Shown: positions 8,000 to 18,394, counted from the first letter of the stretch. The stretch is 28,319 bases of DNA from an uncultured Lachnospiraceae bacterium (GCA_902773445.1 CACYEU010000094.1:1-28319), one strand, 5' to 3'. Numbers and translations are program-made. Notes: generated by a model from the sequence alone, not told the origin.

Positions 8000-8008
8000 T
8001 CATTAAAC

Positions 8009-8025
8009 TATAGGTTTTTTCTATA
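8009..8025. promoter_or_regulatory. LysR-type T-N11-A dyad (TATAG-N7-CTATA)
   Basis: Interrupted palindrome just upstream of the DCCP -35 element. Confidence 0.4.
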
Positions 8026-8044
8026 ATAGGCCCTGTGCGAATAA

Positions 8045-8071
8045 TTAGCACTCTATCGAAAAGAGTGCTAA
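8045..8071 (+). promoter_or_regulatory. CIRCE element (HrcA operator)
   Basis: Perfect consensus TTAGCACTC-tatcgaaaa-GAGTGCTAA upstream of htpG. Confidence 0.97.
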
Positions 8072-8078
8072 TTTTCTA

Positions 8079-8107
8079 TTGACTTCTCCGGTAACGAATA
8101 CTAAAAT
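8079..8107 (+). promoter_or_regulatory. Sigma-A promoter of htpG
   Basis: TTGACT-N17-TAAAAT, 7 nt downstream of CIRCE. Confidence 0.7.
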
Positions 8108-8189
8108 ATTAGTTGAACGAAGCGGCCAGTACTACGGCCGTGATTTTTTGGTCTGTAATCTGTATACATATATAAAGGGGTGAATCGAT

Positions 8190-10187
8190 ATGGCCACACG
8201 CAGCGGCAATCTTTCAATCAACAGTGAAAACATCTTTCCGATCATCAAGAAATGGATGTATTCCGACCACGACATTTTTGTCCGCGAGATGATCTCGAAC
8301 TGTACTGACGCGATCACGAAACTGAAGAAACTTGATGTCATCGGCGAATACGAATGTCCTGATGACTATAAGCCCGAGATCAAAGTCGTCGTCGATCCGA
8401 AAGAGAAAACGCTTTCTTTCATCGACAACGGTCTCGGCATGACTGAAGATGAAGTTGAAGAGTATATCACTCAGATCGCATTTTCAGGCGCCAGTGAATT
8501 CCTTGAGAAGTATAAGGATAAGACGAATGAAGATCAGATGATCGGTCACTTCGGGCTTGGCTTCTACTCTGCATTTATGGTCGCCGATGAAGTTCACATT
8601 GAAACGCTGTCATTCCAGAAGGACGCTTCACCGGTCCACTGGGAAAGCGCGGGCGAAACAACTTATGAGATCGGTGAAGGAAGCCGTGATTCGGTCGGCA
8701 CGACGATCACGCTGTTTTTGAACGATGACTCTCTCGAATTCGCAAATGAATACCGCATGCGCGAAGTGCTCGGCAAATACTGCTCTTTCATGCCCTATCC
8801 GATCTATCTCAGCCGCGCGGACATCGATCAGGAATTTGAAGTGATCGACGAAGAAGACCTGCGCGACGATGATGTCATCATTGAGAGGATCCATGAGGAT
8901 GATAAGGACAGAGTCAAGATCAACAAGCGCCCGGTCGCGCTCAACGACACACATCCGCTCTGGGGCAAACACCCGAACGACTGTGAAAAAGACGACTATC
9001 TCGAGTTCTACCGAAAAGTCTTCAACGATTACAAGGAACCGTTATTCTGGATCCATCTTAACATGGATTACCCGTTTAACTTGAAAGGTATCCTGTATTT
9101 CCCGAAGATCAACACCGAATACGATTCGATCGAAGGAACGATCAAACTCTACAATAATCAGGTCTTTATCGCCGACAACATTTCTGAAGTCGTGCCTGAT
9201 TTTCTGAAACTGTTAAAAGGCGTGATCGACTGTCCGGATCTTCCGCTGAACGTTTCGCGCAGCGCTCTTCAGAATGACGGTTTTGTCCAGAAGATCTCTG
9301 ACTATATCTCAAAGAAAGTCGCCGACAAACTGACAGGCATGTGCAAAACCGACCGCGAAGAATACGAAAAGCACTGGGACGACATCGCGCCGTTCATTAA
9401 ATACGGCTGTCTGCGCGACGGCAAATTCTGTGACCGGCTTCAGGATTTCATCCTGTTTAAGAATCTCGACGATCAGTATCTGACGCTCAAAGAATACTCA
9501 GACAAACACGGCCTGACCGTTGAGGAATCCGAGAGCAAGCCGGAAGAAACAGCGGATAAGACAAATGAAAACATCGAAAAGAAAAGCGTCTACTATGTGA
9601 CCGATCCGATTCAGCAGAGCCAGTATATCAATATATTTAAGGGCGAGGGCCTCGACGCGGTATACCTGACGCACTCGATCGATACACCGTTCATCTCACA
9701 GCTCGAACAGAAGAATGAACACCTTGAGTTCAAGCGGATCGATGCCGGTCTCGATGACTCTCTGAAAGAAGGCGACGATATCGATCAGGCAGACGATCAG
9801 GCCATCGGTGATGTCTTCAAAAAAGCTCTGGGACGCGATACGCTCGATGTCAGGGTCGAGCATCTGAAAGATGATTCGATCGCTTCGATGCTTGTCACAA
9901 GTGAAGAAGGCCGGCGTATGCAGGATATGATGAGGATGTACGGTATGGATGTCAGTTCGCCTGACATGATCGACAACGACGCGACATTGATCGTCAACGC
10001 GAATCATCCGCTTGTACAGTATGTCACGGAGCATAAACGCTCAAAGAACAGCCCGGTGATCTGCCGCCAGCTCTATGATATGGCGCGGATCGCCAATCAC
10101 CCGCTGTCACCCGATGAGATGACTGCGTTTGTCAACCGCTCAAATGATATTATGATGATGTTGACCGGGCAGAAGAAAAAGCCGTAA
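8190..10187 (+). CDS. htpG: Molecular chaperone HtpG (Hsp90)
   Basis: SDHDIFVREMISN, DNGLGMT, IGHFGLGFYSAFMVA, LKLYNNQVFI and IDCPDLPLNVSRSALQ motifs; upstream CIRCE. Confidence 0.97.
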   Translation: MATRSGNLSINSENIFPIIKKWMYSDHDIFVREMISNCTDAITKLKKLDVIGEYECPDDYKPEIKVVVDPKEKTLSFIDNGLGMTEDEVEEYITQIAFSGASEFLEKYKDKTNEDQMIGHFGLGFYSAFMVADEVHIETLSFQKDASPVHWESAGETTYEIGEGSRDSVGTTITLFLNDDSLEFANEYRMREVLGKYCSFMPYPIYLSRADIDQEFEVIDEEDLRDDDVIIERIHEDDKDRVKINKRPVALNDTHPLWGKHPNDCEKDDYLEFYRKVFNDYKEPLFWIHLNMDYPFNLKGILYFPKINTEYDSIEGTIKLYNNQVFIADNISEVVPDFLKLLKGVIDCPDLPLNVSRSALQNDGFVQKISDYISKKVADKLTGMCKTDREEYEKHWDDIAPFIKYGCLRDGKFCDRLQDFILFKNLDDQYLTLKEYSDKHGLTVEESESKPEETADKTNENIEKKSVYYVTDPIQQSQYINIFKGEGLDAVYLTHSIDTPFISQLEQKNEHLEFKRIDAGLDDSLKEGDDIDQADDQAIGDVFKKALGRDTLDVRVEHLKDDSIASMLVTSEEGRRMQDMMRMYGMDVSSPDMIDNDATLIVNANHPLVQYVTEHKRSKNSPVICRQLYDMARIANHPLSPDEMTAFVNRSNDIMMMLTGQKKKP

Positions 10188-10193
10188 CCAATG

Positions 10194-10221
10194 TTGATAA
10201 ATGATCCCTCTGTGCTATAAT
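10194..10221 (+). promoter_or_regulatory. Putative promoter for the pseudogene-gtrA-DUF6077 unit
   Basis: TTGATA-N16-TATAAT with an extended -10 (TG-C-TATAAT). Confidence 0.6.
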
Positions 10222-10262
10222 AGGTTTACTTGGTCTGAAGATACTATTTGAGGGGCATTTAA

Positions 10263-10452
10263 GTGAATACCATTTCAGCAATCGTTACCATTCCGATTGC
10301 CCTTTTCCTGTTTTTTCTGCAGGGTACATAGTATCGAAGGCTGTACGGATCGAAGGATCTGCTGCAGCCTCGATTTTTATGGTATTTACGATCCTGACCG
10401 GCTTATTCCGGTCGCTTTAATCCCCTTTATACAATTTGATCGATCAAAATAA
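10263..10452 (+). pseudogene. Doubly frameshifted, truncated 5' fragment of a paralogue of the downstream DUF6077-like gene
   Basis: GAGGGG SD and GTG start. Restoring one base in the T6 run (10311-10316) and one at 10409/10410 gives 63 aa, MNTISAIVTIPIALFLFFSAGYIVSK...TGLFQVALIPFIQFDRSK, collinear with the N-terminus of 10900..12810. Confidence 0.65.
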
Positions 10453-10460
10453 GACAACAG

Positions 10461-10907
10461 ATGAAAGACTATATCAAAAAGTTCTATGAATCCCACCGCG
10501 AAATCATCGCCTATCTGTTTTGGGGGGTTCTGACAGCCGTAATAAACTGGGGCGCCTATATACTGTTTGCCGCCATACTGCCGTTCGGCAGGCTGACAGT
10601 CACTGTTGCGAACGCTTTGTCATGGGTATTTGCGGTCGTGTTCGCTTTCATATCGAATAAGATCCGGGTCTTTGAAAGCAGAGACTGGTCATTTAAAACA
10701 ACATTCCCTGAATTGTGGAAATTCGTCGGCACGAGGGCCGCAACCGGTCTGTATGAAATGATTGCCGTTCCGGCTCTGGTCGCAATCGGACTAAATCAGA
10801 AGATCTTCGGCATCGAAGGAATGCTCTCCAAAGTGCTAGTATCCCTGTCGGTCGTGATCATAAACTATGTCGCCAGCAAATTTTTGATATTCAGACACCA
10901 TGATTGA
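10461..10907 (+). CDS. GtrA family membrane protein (putative Und-P-sugar flippase)
   Basis: REIIAYLFWGVLT..IN, ANALSWVFAVVFAFISNKIRVF and NYVASKFLIF; four hydrophobic segments. Confidence 0.88.
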   Translation: MKDYIKKFYESHREIIAYLFWGVLTAVINWGAYILFAAILPFGRLTVTVANALSWVFAVVFAFISNKIRVFESRDWSFKTTFPELWKFVGTRAATGLYEMIAVPALVAIGLNQKIFGIEGMLSKVLVSLSVVIINYVASKFLIFRHHD

Positions 10908-12810
10908 TTATCTGTTATTAGTTATCATTCCGCTTACGCTTATAGTCATCTGTCTGTGCGCAGGTTATCTGTTGTCGCGCATCGGCAGTCTCAGCTTGAC
11001 TCCTTCAGGATGCATTGTTGCCGGCTATATTGGCATAACCGGCGCTTTTCAGCTGATTTCTCTTCCGTTCATGCAGTTTGGACTTCGTTTCACACCGCTG
11101 TTTGTATTAAGCGTTCTGCTCTGTCTCGTGATCACCGCGGCAGGGATCGTGTTGATGATACGCGACAGAAACCGGCTGAAAAGCTCTGTCTGTAATGGTT
11201 TCAGAAATCTGCGCGCGCAGAAGCAGCTGATTCTTTCGGTCATCTTCGCGCTGATCATCGCCTTTCAGATCGCATATATCGTGTTTTACCAATACACGGA
11301 TGCAGATGACAGCTTCTTCGTCACTCAGATCAACACGATCATTGATACGAACCGCGTCCTGTATTTCGATCCTGCTTCCGGGCTTCCGGAGCTCAAGCTT
11401 AACCCGACTTATAAGCTCGTCAGTTACGAAGTGATCCTGAGCGTCATTTCAAGACTGTTCCATGTCAATGCCGCATTTCTTTCGCATACCATTCTTCCTG
11501 TCTTTTTCATTCCGCTTCACTATATGATCATTGTCCTGACAGGAAAACGGTTGTTTAAATCACACGCACTGTACTTTGCTCTTCTTTATATGATGACGAA
11601 TCTGTTCTCTCTCTACTCCGGATATTCACAGGGAGCATTCTTCATCTACAGGATCTGGCAGGGGAAAGGTGTATTGATTGCCATCATTATTCCTGCGTTG
11701 ATTCTGGCTTTTCTGTGGATTTCAGATCACCATCCGGTTTTGTGGAAAACTGTATTGATCCTTTTTTTGATCCTGCTGTCAGGAATGCATGCGTCAACGA
11801 TTGGGATTTTCCTGGTTCCGATCGCCTATTTCGGCCTTGCGGCCGGTTATCTGGTATTTGAGCGGTTCGACTTCAAAAGGCTTACAGGCATCATATTGCC
11901 GGTGCTTCTGTTCATTCCGCTGGTGTTGCTTAAGTTCTTCGTCCTTTCCGGCGATCAGGGTGTCGGTTTTGGCGCCCTGACAGAAGATCCTGACCAGATC
12001 GATCAGCATGTTTCGTATATTCATGAATTCTTTGAGGTGTTCTTTAATAACCAAATTGCCGTTTTTATCGTGTTTGCCGCCGCTCTTATCTTCCTTTTGA
12101 TCTGCAGCGGAAAACGGTTTGGCAATAACAGAAAGGTTCAATGGCTTGTCGCTTTTCCGTCTGCCGTTATCTGGCTGACATTCGCAAATCCTCTGTTCAT
12201 GCCTTTTATTATGGAACATGTGACAAGCAAATATGTCTATTGGCGCTTGTTCTGGCTGCTTCAGGTTCCTCTCGTCATTGTCTCAGCGGTCCAACTGGCA
12301 GCAGAATCATTCAAAAACAAATACCGCTTTGCCGCATGTTTAATGGCCGGGGTTCTTATGATCGGATTGACCGGTGTTCCGGTCTATCCCGGAAAGTTTA
12401 AACACCGCTCAAACTGCTATAAAATAGATGGCTTTGCCGTATTGGCTTCGGATGCTGTTAATGAAGATGCCGGATCCTCAGATGTCACACTGTTAGTCCC
12501 GGTTGAACTGTCCTATGAGATCCGCCAGTACAGCAGCAACATCAAACTGCCGATCAATCGGTACTCGGCTGTCAATTTTGCTTCTTCCGGCTTGTCAGAT
12601 GTCTACAAGGATTTAACCGGGAGTCTTGCAAAACCGCTGTACGTTGACCACCATTGGGACGCGGATTCAATTGAATCTGCCGCAAAAAAACATGGTATCG
12701 ACTATGTCATTCTGATTACAGACACAATCGATACCAATTCGATTCCTGATTCTTGGAAGAAAGTCGATGAGATTGCAATAACGACCGTTTACAGGTGTTA
12801 TCAGCGCTGA
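10900..12810 (+). CDS. Polytopic membrane protein, DUF6077-like (probable GT-C-fold glycosyltransferase)
   Basis: Many TM segments, an acidic D-A-D-D-S-F-F motif in the loop after the early TMs, RIWQGKG and YWRLFWL. 8-nt overlap with gtrA. Confidence 0.6.
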   Translation: MIDYLLLVIIPLTLIVICLCAGYLLSRIGSLSLTPSGCIVAGYIGITGAFQLISLPFMQFGLRFTPLFVLSVLLCLVITAAGIVLMIRDRNRLKSSVCNGFRNLRAQKQLILSVIFALIIAFQIAYIVFYQYTDADDSFFVTQINTIIDTNRVLYFDPASGLPELKLNPTYKLVSYEVILSVISRLFHVNAAFLSHTILPVFFIPLHYMIIVLTGKRLFKSHALYFALLYMMTNLFSLYSGYSQGAFFIYRIWQGKGVLIAIIIPALILAFLWISDHHPVLWKTVLILFLILLSGMHASTIGIFLVPIAYFGLAAGYLVFERFDFKRLTGIILPVLLFIPLVLLKFFVLSGDQGVGFGALTEDPDQIDQHVSYIHEFFEVFFNNQIAVFIVFAAALIFLLICSGKRFGNNRKVQWLVAFPSAVIWLTFANPLFMPFIMEHVTSKYVYWRLFWLLQVPLVIVSAVQLAAESFKNKYRFAACLMAGVLMIGLTGVPVYPGKFKHRSNCYKIDGFAVLASDAVNEDAGSSDVTLLVPVELSYEIRQYSSNIKLPINRYSAVNFASSGLSDVYKDLTGSLAKPLYVDHHWDADSIESAAKKHGIDYVILITDTIDTNSIPDSWKKVDEIAITTVYRCYQR

Positions 12811-12817
12811 CAAAAGA

Positions 12818-14053
12818 TTATTGCAACGGATATTTCTCAGTTAACTCAGCGACCATTTTTCTGACAAGATTGCTTTGTTCTTCTCCGTCGGTCATCAGCC
12901 TGATGCATTCAGCGATCACTTCCATATCTTTCTCTTCCATCCCCCGCGTCGTCACTGCCGGTGTTCCGAGGCGCAGACCACTGGTCACAAACGGAGACCG
13001 CTGTTCGTTCGGAACCGTATTCTTGTTGGCAGTGATGCCGACATCATCGAGACGCCGCTCGAGTTCCTTGCCGCTGACGTCCAGACCGGACAGATCAAGA
13101 AGAAGCAGATGGTTGTCCGTACCGCCTGACACGATCTTCATACCGCGTGCTGTCAGCGCGTCAGACAGCGCTTTCGCATTCGCGACGACTCTTCTCTGAT
13201 AATCCTTGAATTCATCGCTCAGCGCCTCCTTGAAGCATACTGCCTTCGCGGCGATCACATGCATCAGCGGTCCACCCTGTGTTCCGGGGAAGATAGCTTT
13301 ATTGAAATTGAACTTTTTCTGAGCCTCGGCACTTGCAAGGATCAGGCCGCCCCGCGGACCGCGCAGAGTCTTGTGCGTCGTGGTCGTCACGACATCCGCA
13401 TACGGAATCGGTGACGGATGCAGGCCTGCAGCGACAAGTCCTGCGATATGCGCCATGTCGACCATCAGATAAGAACCGCATTGATCCGCGATCCTGCGAA
13501 AACGCTCAAAGTCGATGATCCTGGAATAGGCGCTCGCCCCTGCAACGATCAGCTTTGGCTTGTTGGCCATTGCCAGCTCCTCAAGCTTCTCATAATCGAT
13601 CCGTCCGTCATCGCCGACGCCGTAAGGAATAAAATGAAAGTATTTACCTGAAATATTGACCGGTGAACCGTGTGTCAAGTGTCCGCCGTTACTCAAGTCC
13701 ATACCCAACACTGTGTCGCCGGGTTCAAGCATTGCGAAATACGCAGCAAGATTCGCGTTGGCTCCGGAATGCGGCTGCACATTTGCATAGGTGCATCCGA
13801 ACAGTTCCATGGCCCGGCTGCGCGCCAGATCCTCGATTTCATCCATGTTCACGCAACCGCCGTAATAACGCTTTCCCGGATAGCCTTCAGCGTATTTATT
13901 GGTCAAAACACTCCCCATTGCAGCCATCACCGCATGACTGACCCAGTTTTCAGAGGCGATCAGTTCAATATGATGGTTCTGACGTTCACTCTCTTTCCCG
14001 ATAAGTGCCGCAATTTCCGGATCCGTCCGCTCAATGTCTGCAAATGAATACAT
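12818..14053 (-). CDS. glyA: Serine hydroxymethyltransferase
   Basis: [47 protein letters not shown] and SGLRLGTPA. Confidence 0.98.
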   Translation of the reverse strand: MYSFADIERTDPEIAALIGKESERQNHHIELIASENWVSHAVMAAMGSVLTNKYAEGYPGKRYYGGCVNMDEIEDLARSRAMELFGCTYANVQPHSGANANLAAYFAMLEPGDTVLGMDLSNGGHLTHGSPVNISGKYFHFIPYGVGDDGRIDYEKLEELAMANKPKLIVAGASAYSRIIDFERFRRIADQCGSYLMVDMAHIAGLVAAGLHPSPIPYADVVTTTTHKTLRGPRGGLILASAEAQKKFNFNKAIFPGTQGGPLMHVIAAKAVCFKEALSDEFKDYQRRVVANAKALSDALTARGMKIVSGGTDNHLLLLDLSGLDVSGKELERRLDDVGITANKNTVPNEQRSPFVTSGLRLGTPAVTTRGMEEKDMEVIAECIRLMTDGEEQSNLVRKMVAELTEKYPLQ

Positions 14054-14068
14054 AAATACCTCCTGCTG

Positions 14069-15343
<1,275 letters not shown>

Positions 15344-15384
15344 GATTGAATGTCTCCTTTCGCAATCTTTTCTTTACATCAATC

Positions 15385-15438
15385 ATTGTAGACCGTGTTT
15401 TTGTCCAAGTTGTGAACAAGATGTCAAGAGCTTGTGAA
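15385..15438 (-). promoter_or_regulatory. htrA promoter: three TT(C/G)ACA direct repeats at 11-bp periodicity plus a -10 element
   Basis: Minus strand TTCACA (15438-15433), TTGACA (15427-15422), TTCACA (15416-15411), then TACAAT (15390-15385). Confidence 0.6.
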
Positions 15439-15473
15439 AAAGGTATACCGGAGGTCTCCCCCCGGTACCACCT
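15437..15473 (-). terminator. Rho-independent terminator after the cohesin-like gene
   Basis: Minus strand AGGT-G-GTACCGG...CCGGTAT-ACCT followed by TTTT. Confidence 0.7.
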
Positions 15474-15501
15474 CATAGATTATCAACTTGTAAATATTCT
15501 G

Positions 15502-16995
15502 TCAGTCATCGAGATCGATAAAATCCATCTTGAAGTCATCGTCATTCTCGACATGGAACTTCTGATTGACACCTTCGGATCTGGTCCTCGGGCGTTTCGG
15601 CCTTACCGGAGCGTCAGGATCGATCGGCTTATGATTGGCCAGTGTATCCGTCAGCCTCTGAGGCTCGATCGCACCTGTCGCATTCTCGATCAGTTCATCA
15701 TCGTCGCCGTAATTATACTCGAGGTCGTAATCGTCGTACTCGTCGTCTGCGAACAGCTCCTCTTCCATCGGAAGCGTCCCGCTGAAATCATCATCATAAT
15801 AATCATAATCATCATACTTGCGTGATGATTTCACACCCGGTTTTTTGCCGTCGAGTTCATCAAACAGATCATCGATCTCCACTTCGCGCACATGAATCTT
15901 GTGTTTTTGCACGAGTGTGATGATAAACAGCAGCAGTAACAGACCGAGCAGACCGATCAGAACCGGTTTCAGATGATTCTCGGTAAAATCAAGGACTTTT
16001 CCCAAAAATCCGCTGCGCGGCGTCTTTTTGGCAGCTTTTCGGGCTTCAGTCTTAGTCAGAAGATTGGGCGCGAATTTCTGGTAAGTCTCATCCTGGCTGT
16101 CATAGAGGTAGAGTGCCTTCTCTCCCCCTTTGTTCAGTCCATAGATCAGATAATACTCCGTCTCCTGTTTATGCTGCCATGCCGGGAACTGCTGCTCATT
16201 GCATGTAAACTTGGCCGGCTGGAAGCTTTTCGGAATTTCAACTGATTCGTCATCCTGCAGAAGGATGATATAGGCCTTGTCGGAAACATCGATCAGCTCG
16301 AACGGTGAAAACGATCCGTTATCCGCGTCATACAGGAAAAGCTTTTCTTCACGTCCGTCGGTAAGATAGAGTGCCTGCTGGCCGCTTGAATCCTGCTGGA
16401 TCGCCTTGACCTTCTCTCCGCTGAAATTCATATCGATCTCAGCAAATCCTTCAGGGATCATCGACTCAGGAATCTCATTGACGATCTTCCATTTCCTTTC
16501 GTTGATCGTCACTTCCGGCCCTGTTCCCATCAGCCCGGAATCAGACCCTTCCGTTCCGTCGCCGGCTTCGATCTTTACCTTGGATGAACCGAGTGTCAGC
16601 TGCAGATTGGAGTTGTCCCACATATAGGAAGTCGACTCCGATACAGTGATCTCGGTCTCGCCTTCTTTTTTAGCTTTAAACTTGATCGAATAATCAAGTT
16701 CAGTCTCCGTACCGGTTCCTGCATTGAAAACGGTCACCGTGCCTTCACTGGCGTCTTTTGAACCGGTTCCCTCGACAAATTCGAGATAATCCGGATCATA
16801 CTGAAGGACCAGTTCTCCGTCGCCGATCAGACCTCCCCCGGCTGTCATCTTCGCCGTGACTTCCACTTCGTGTCCGACCTTTGTCGTCGGGTCGGAGAAC
16901 TGCACTTCACCATTGCCGAGTGCATAGGCGTGAATGCCCAATATCAATGTCATTAACAATCCGGCCAGAAGGCCCTTGCTTAATCTCTTGAACAT
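15502..16995 (-). CDS. Single-pass membrane protein with an N-terminal cohesin-like beta-sandwich and an acidic Tyr-rich C-terminal tail
   Basis: Signal peptide, then V.V....G..EL.LQYDP..LEFV (cohesin-like), a late TM PVLIGLLGLLLLLFIITLV, and a tail containing YDDYDYYDDD and ending DDFKMDFIDLDD. Confidence 0.6.
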   Translation of the reverse strand: MFKRLSKGLLAGLLMTLILGIHAYALGNGEVQFSDPTTKVGHEVEVTAKMTAGGGLIGDGELVLQYDPDYLEFVEGTGSKDASEGTVTVFNAGTGTETELDYSIKFKAKKEGETEITVSESTSYMWDNSNLQLTLGSSKVKIEAGDGTEGSDSGLMGTGPEVTINERKWKIVNEIPESMIPEGFAEIDMNFSGEKVKAIQQDSSGQQALYLTDGREEKLFLYDADNGSFSPFELIDVSDKAYIILLQDDESVEIPKSFQPAKFTCNEQQFPAWQHKQETEYYLIYGLNKGGEKALYLYDSQDETYQKFAPNLLTKTEARKAAKKTPRSGFLGKVLDFTENHLKPVLIGLLGLLLLLFIITLVQKHKIHVREVEIDDLFDELDGKKPGVKSSRKYDDYDYYDDDFSGTLPMEEELFADDEYDDYDLEYNYGDDDELIENATGAIEPQRLTDTLANHKPIDPDAPVRPKRPRTRSEGVNQKFHVENDDDFKMDFIDLDD

Positions 16996-17017
16996 GCTCA
17001 GTTATCCTCTTTTATCC

Positions 17018-18394
17018 TTACTGTTGCCCGGTGTCCTGAACACCGCCGCCTCCTGCGGCAGCGTCACCTCCGGTATCTCCTCCGGCCGCACCTCCGCCGC
17101 CGGTCGTATCGGTGCCGCCGCTCGTATCAGTACCGCCGCCGGCCGTATTCGTGTTGTAGCCATTGTTGTAACCGTAACCGTTCTGGTTGGTTCCATAACC
17201 GGTATTACCGGTCGTTCCGTACGGATTGTACTGATTCTGGTACTGCTGTGTTGTGTTCTGATATGTCTCGTCATATGTGTTGTCATATGTGTCGGACTGA
17301 TTGCCCTTGCTCTTGTACTCAAGAATATTCGCGGCAATCGACTTGATTTTTTCCGAAGGCGCATAATTGTCCGAACCGTTGAACAGGAATTTATGGACTT
17401 TGCTGACATCATCCGAAAAATCTTCGGCAATGACACAGCTTCCGATTCCCTCAAGGTTCGTAAATGACGTGGCGACAGGGAATCCCATCGTATCACTCAC
17501 TTTATAACGCTTGACCTTCGGCACATATGAAAGGACCTCTTTCATGGAGAAATTCGTCTTGATCTCCGGAAATACCTTGTCGATGATCTGATTCAGCTTG
17601 CGCGGCTTGCATTTGCTGAGTTTCTTTGCCAGCTGTTCAAGCACATCACGCTGTCTCTCTGTACGTGTGAAATCTCCGCCCTCGGTATAACGGATACGCG
17701 CATACGCGGTCGCCTGGGTTCCGTTCAGCTTCTGCTTGCCCGGCTTTTCAATGCCCCAGGAATCGATCCCTGTGCACTTGATCAGCTCCATCTGATAACC
17801 GTTCAGATAATCGATCTCCTCTTCCTTGACGTCAGCCTCGATACCGCCGACCGCATCGATCGCATGGATCAGTGCCTTCCAGGTACAGGCAACATAATTC
17901 TGTACATCGAGATCGAGATTACGGTTGATCAGTGACATCGCAGCTTCAGCATCACCGAATGAATAGGCTGCGTTAGCTTTGTTGTACGAACCGTCTTCAA
18001 GTTCAAGAAGGGTATCGCGATAGACCGATACGATCTTGATCTCTCCGGTCTCCTTGTTGAGACTCGCGACCATCATCGTATCACTTCTGTTGCCGGTTCC
18101 GAGATCATCATCGCGCGAGTCAAGTCCGAACAATGCAACATTCAGGTAACCGGAATCATGCTCGACTTCTCTGTTGATGCTGAGATCGTCAGGGTTCACT
18201 TTCTTGGTCTTTTCGACCTTTCCCCATTTTGACGCAACGTAAGCTACGGCAACAGCCGCGAACGATACGATGAGTACTGCGCAGATGATACCTATGATTC
18301 TTCCGACTTTATTCTTCTTGCTTCTGGCTTTTTTGGCCATTCGTTTCTCGTGCCGGCGGCGGCTGGCCGCACGGCGAGATGCATATGAAGCCAT
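17018..18394 (-). CDS. LCP (LytR-CpsA-Psr) family glycopolymer ligase, copy 1, with a low-complexity C-terminal tail
   Basis: Basic N-terminus and TM, LFGLDSR, RSDTMMVAS, VSVYRDT, YARIRY..GGDFTRTERQR. Confidence 0.93.
   Translation of the reverse strand: MASYASRRAASRRRHEKRMAKKARSKKNKVGRIIGIICAVLIVSFAAVAVAYVASKWGKVEKTKKVNPDDLSINREVEHDSGYLNVALFGLDSRDDDLGTGNRSDTMMVASLNKETGEIKIVSVYRDTLLELEDGSYNKANAAYSFGDAEAAMSLINRNLDLDVQNYVACTWKALIHAIDAVGGIEADVKEEEIDYLNGYQMELIKCTGIDSWGIEKPGKQKLNGTQATAYARIRYTEGGDFTRTERQRDVLEQLAKKLSKCKPRKLNQIIDKVFPEIKTNFSMKEVLSYVPKVKRYKVSDTMGFPVATSFTNLEGIGSCVIAEDFSDDVSKVHKFLFNGSDNYAPSEKIKSIAANILEYKSKGNQSDTYDNTYDETYQNTTQQYQNQYNPYGTTGNTGYGTNQNGYGYNNGYNTNTAGGGTDTSGGTDTTGGGGAAGGDTGGDAAAGGGGVQDTGQQ

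Noticed and set aside
10461-12810. gtrA-DUF6077-like pair as a low-GC horizontally acquired island
   Set aside because: Sampled lines are T-rich, but so are membrane-protein genes, and some htpG lines are similarly low in GC. No integrase, tRNA or direct repeats. A proper GC/codon computation is needed.
15410-15427. Rex operator-like TTGTGAA upstream of htrA
   Set aside because: The second half-site (ATGTCAA) is poor; the direct-repeat reading fits better.
16934-17496. Overlapping ORFs 16934..17467 (+) and 17002..17496 (-)
   Set aside because: Alternative frames of the stop-poor low-complexity LCP1 tail.
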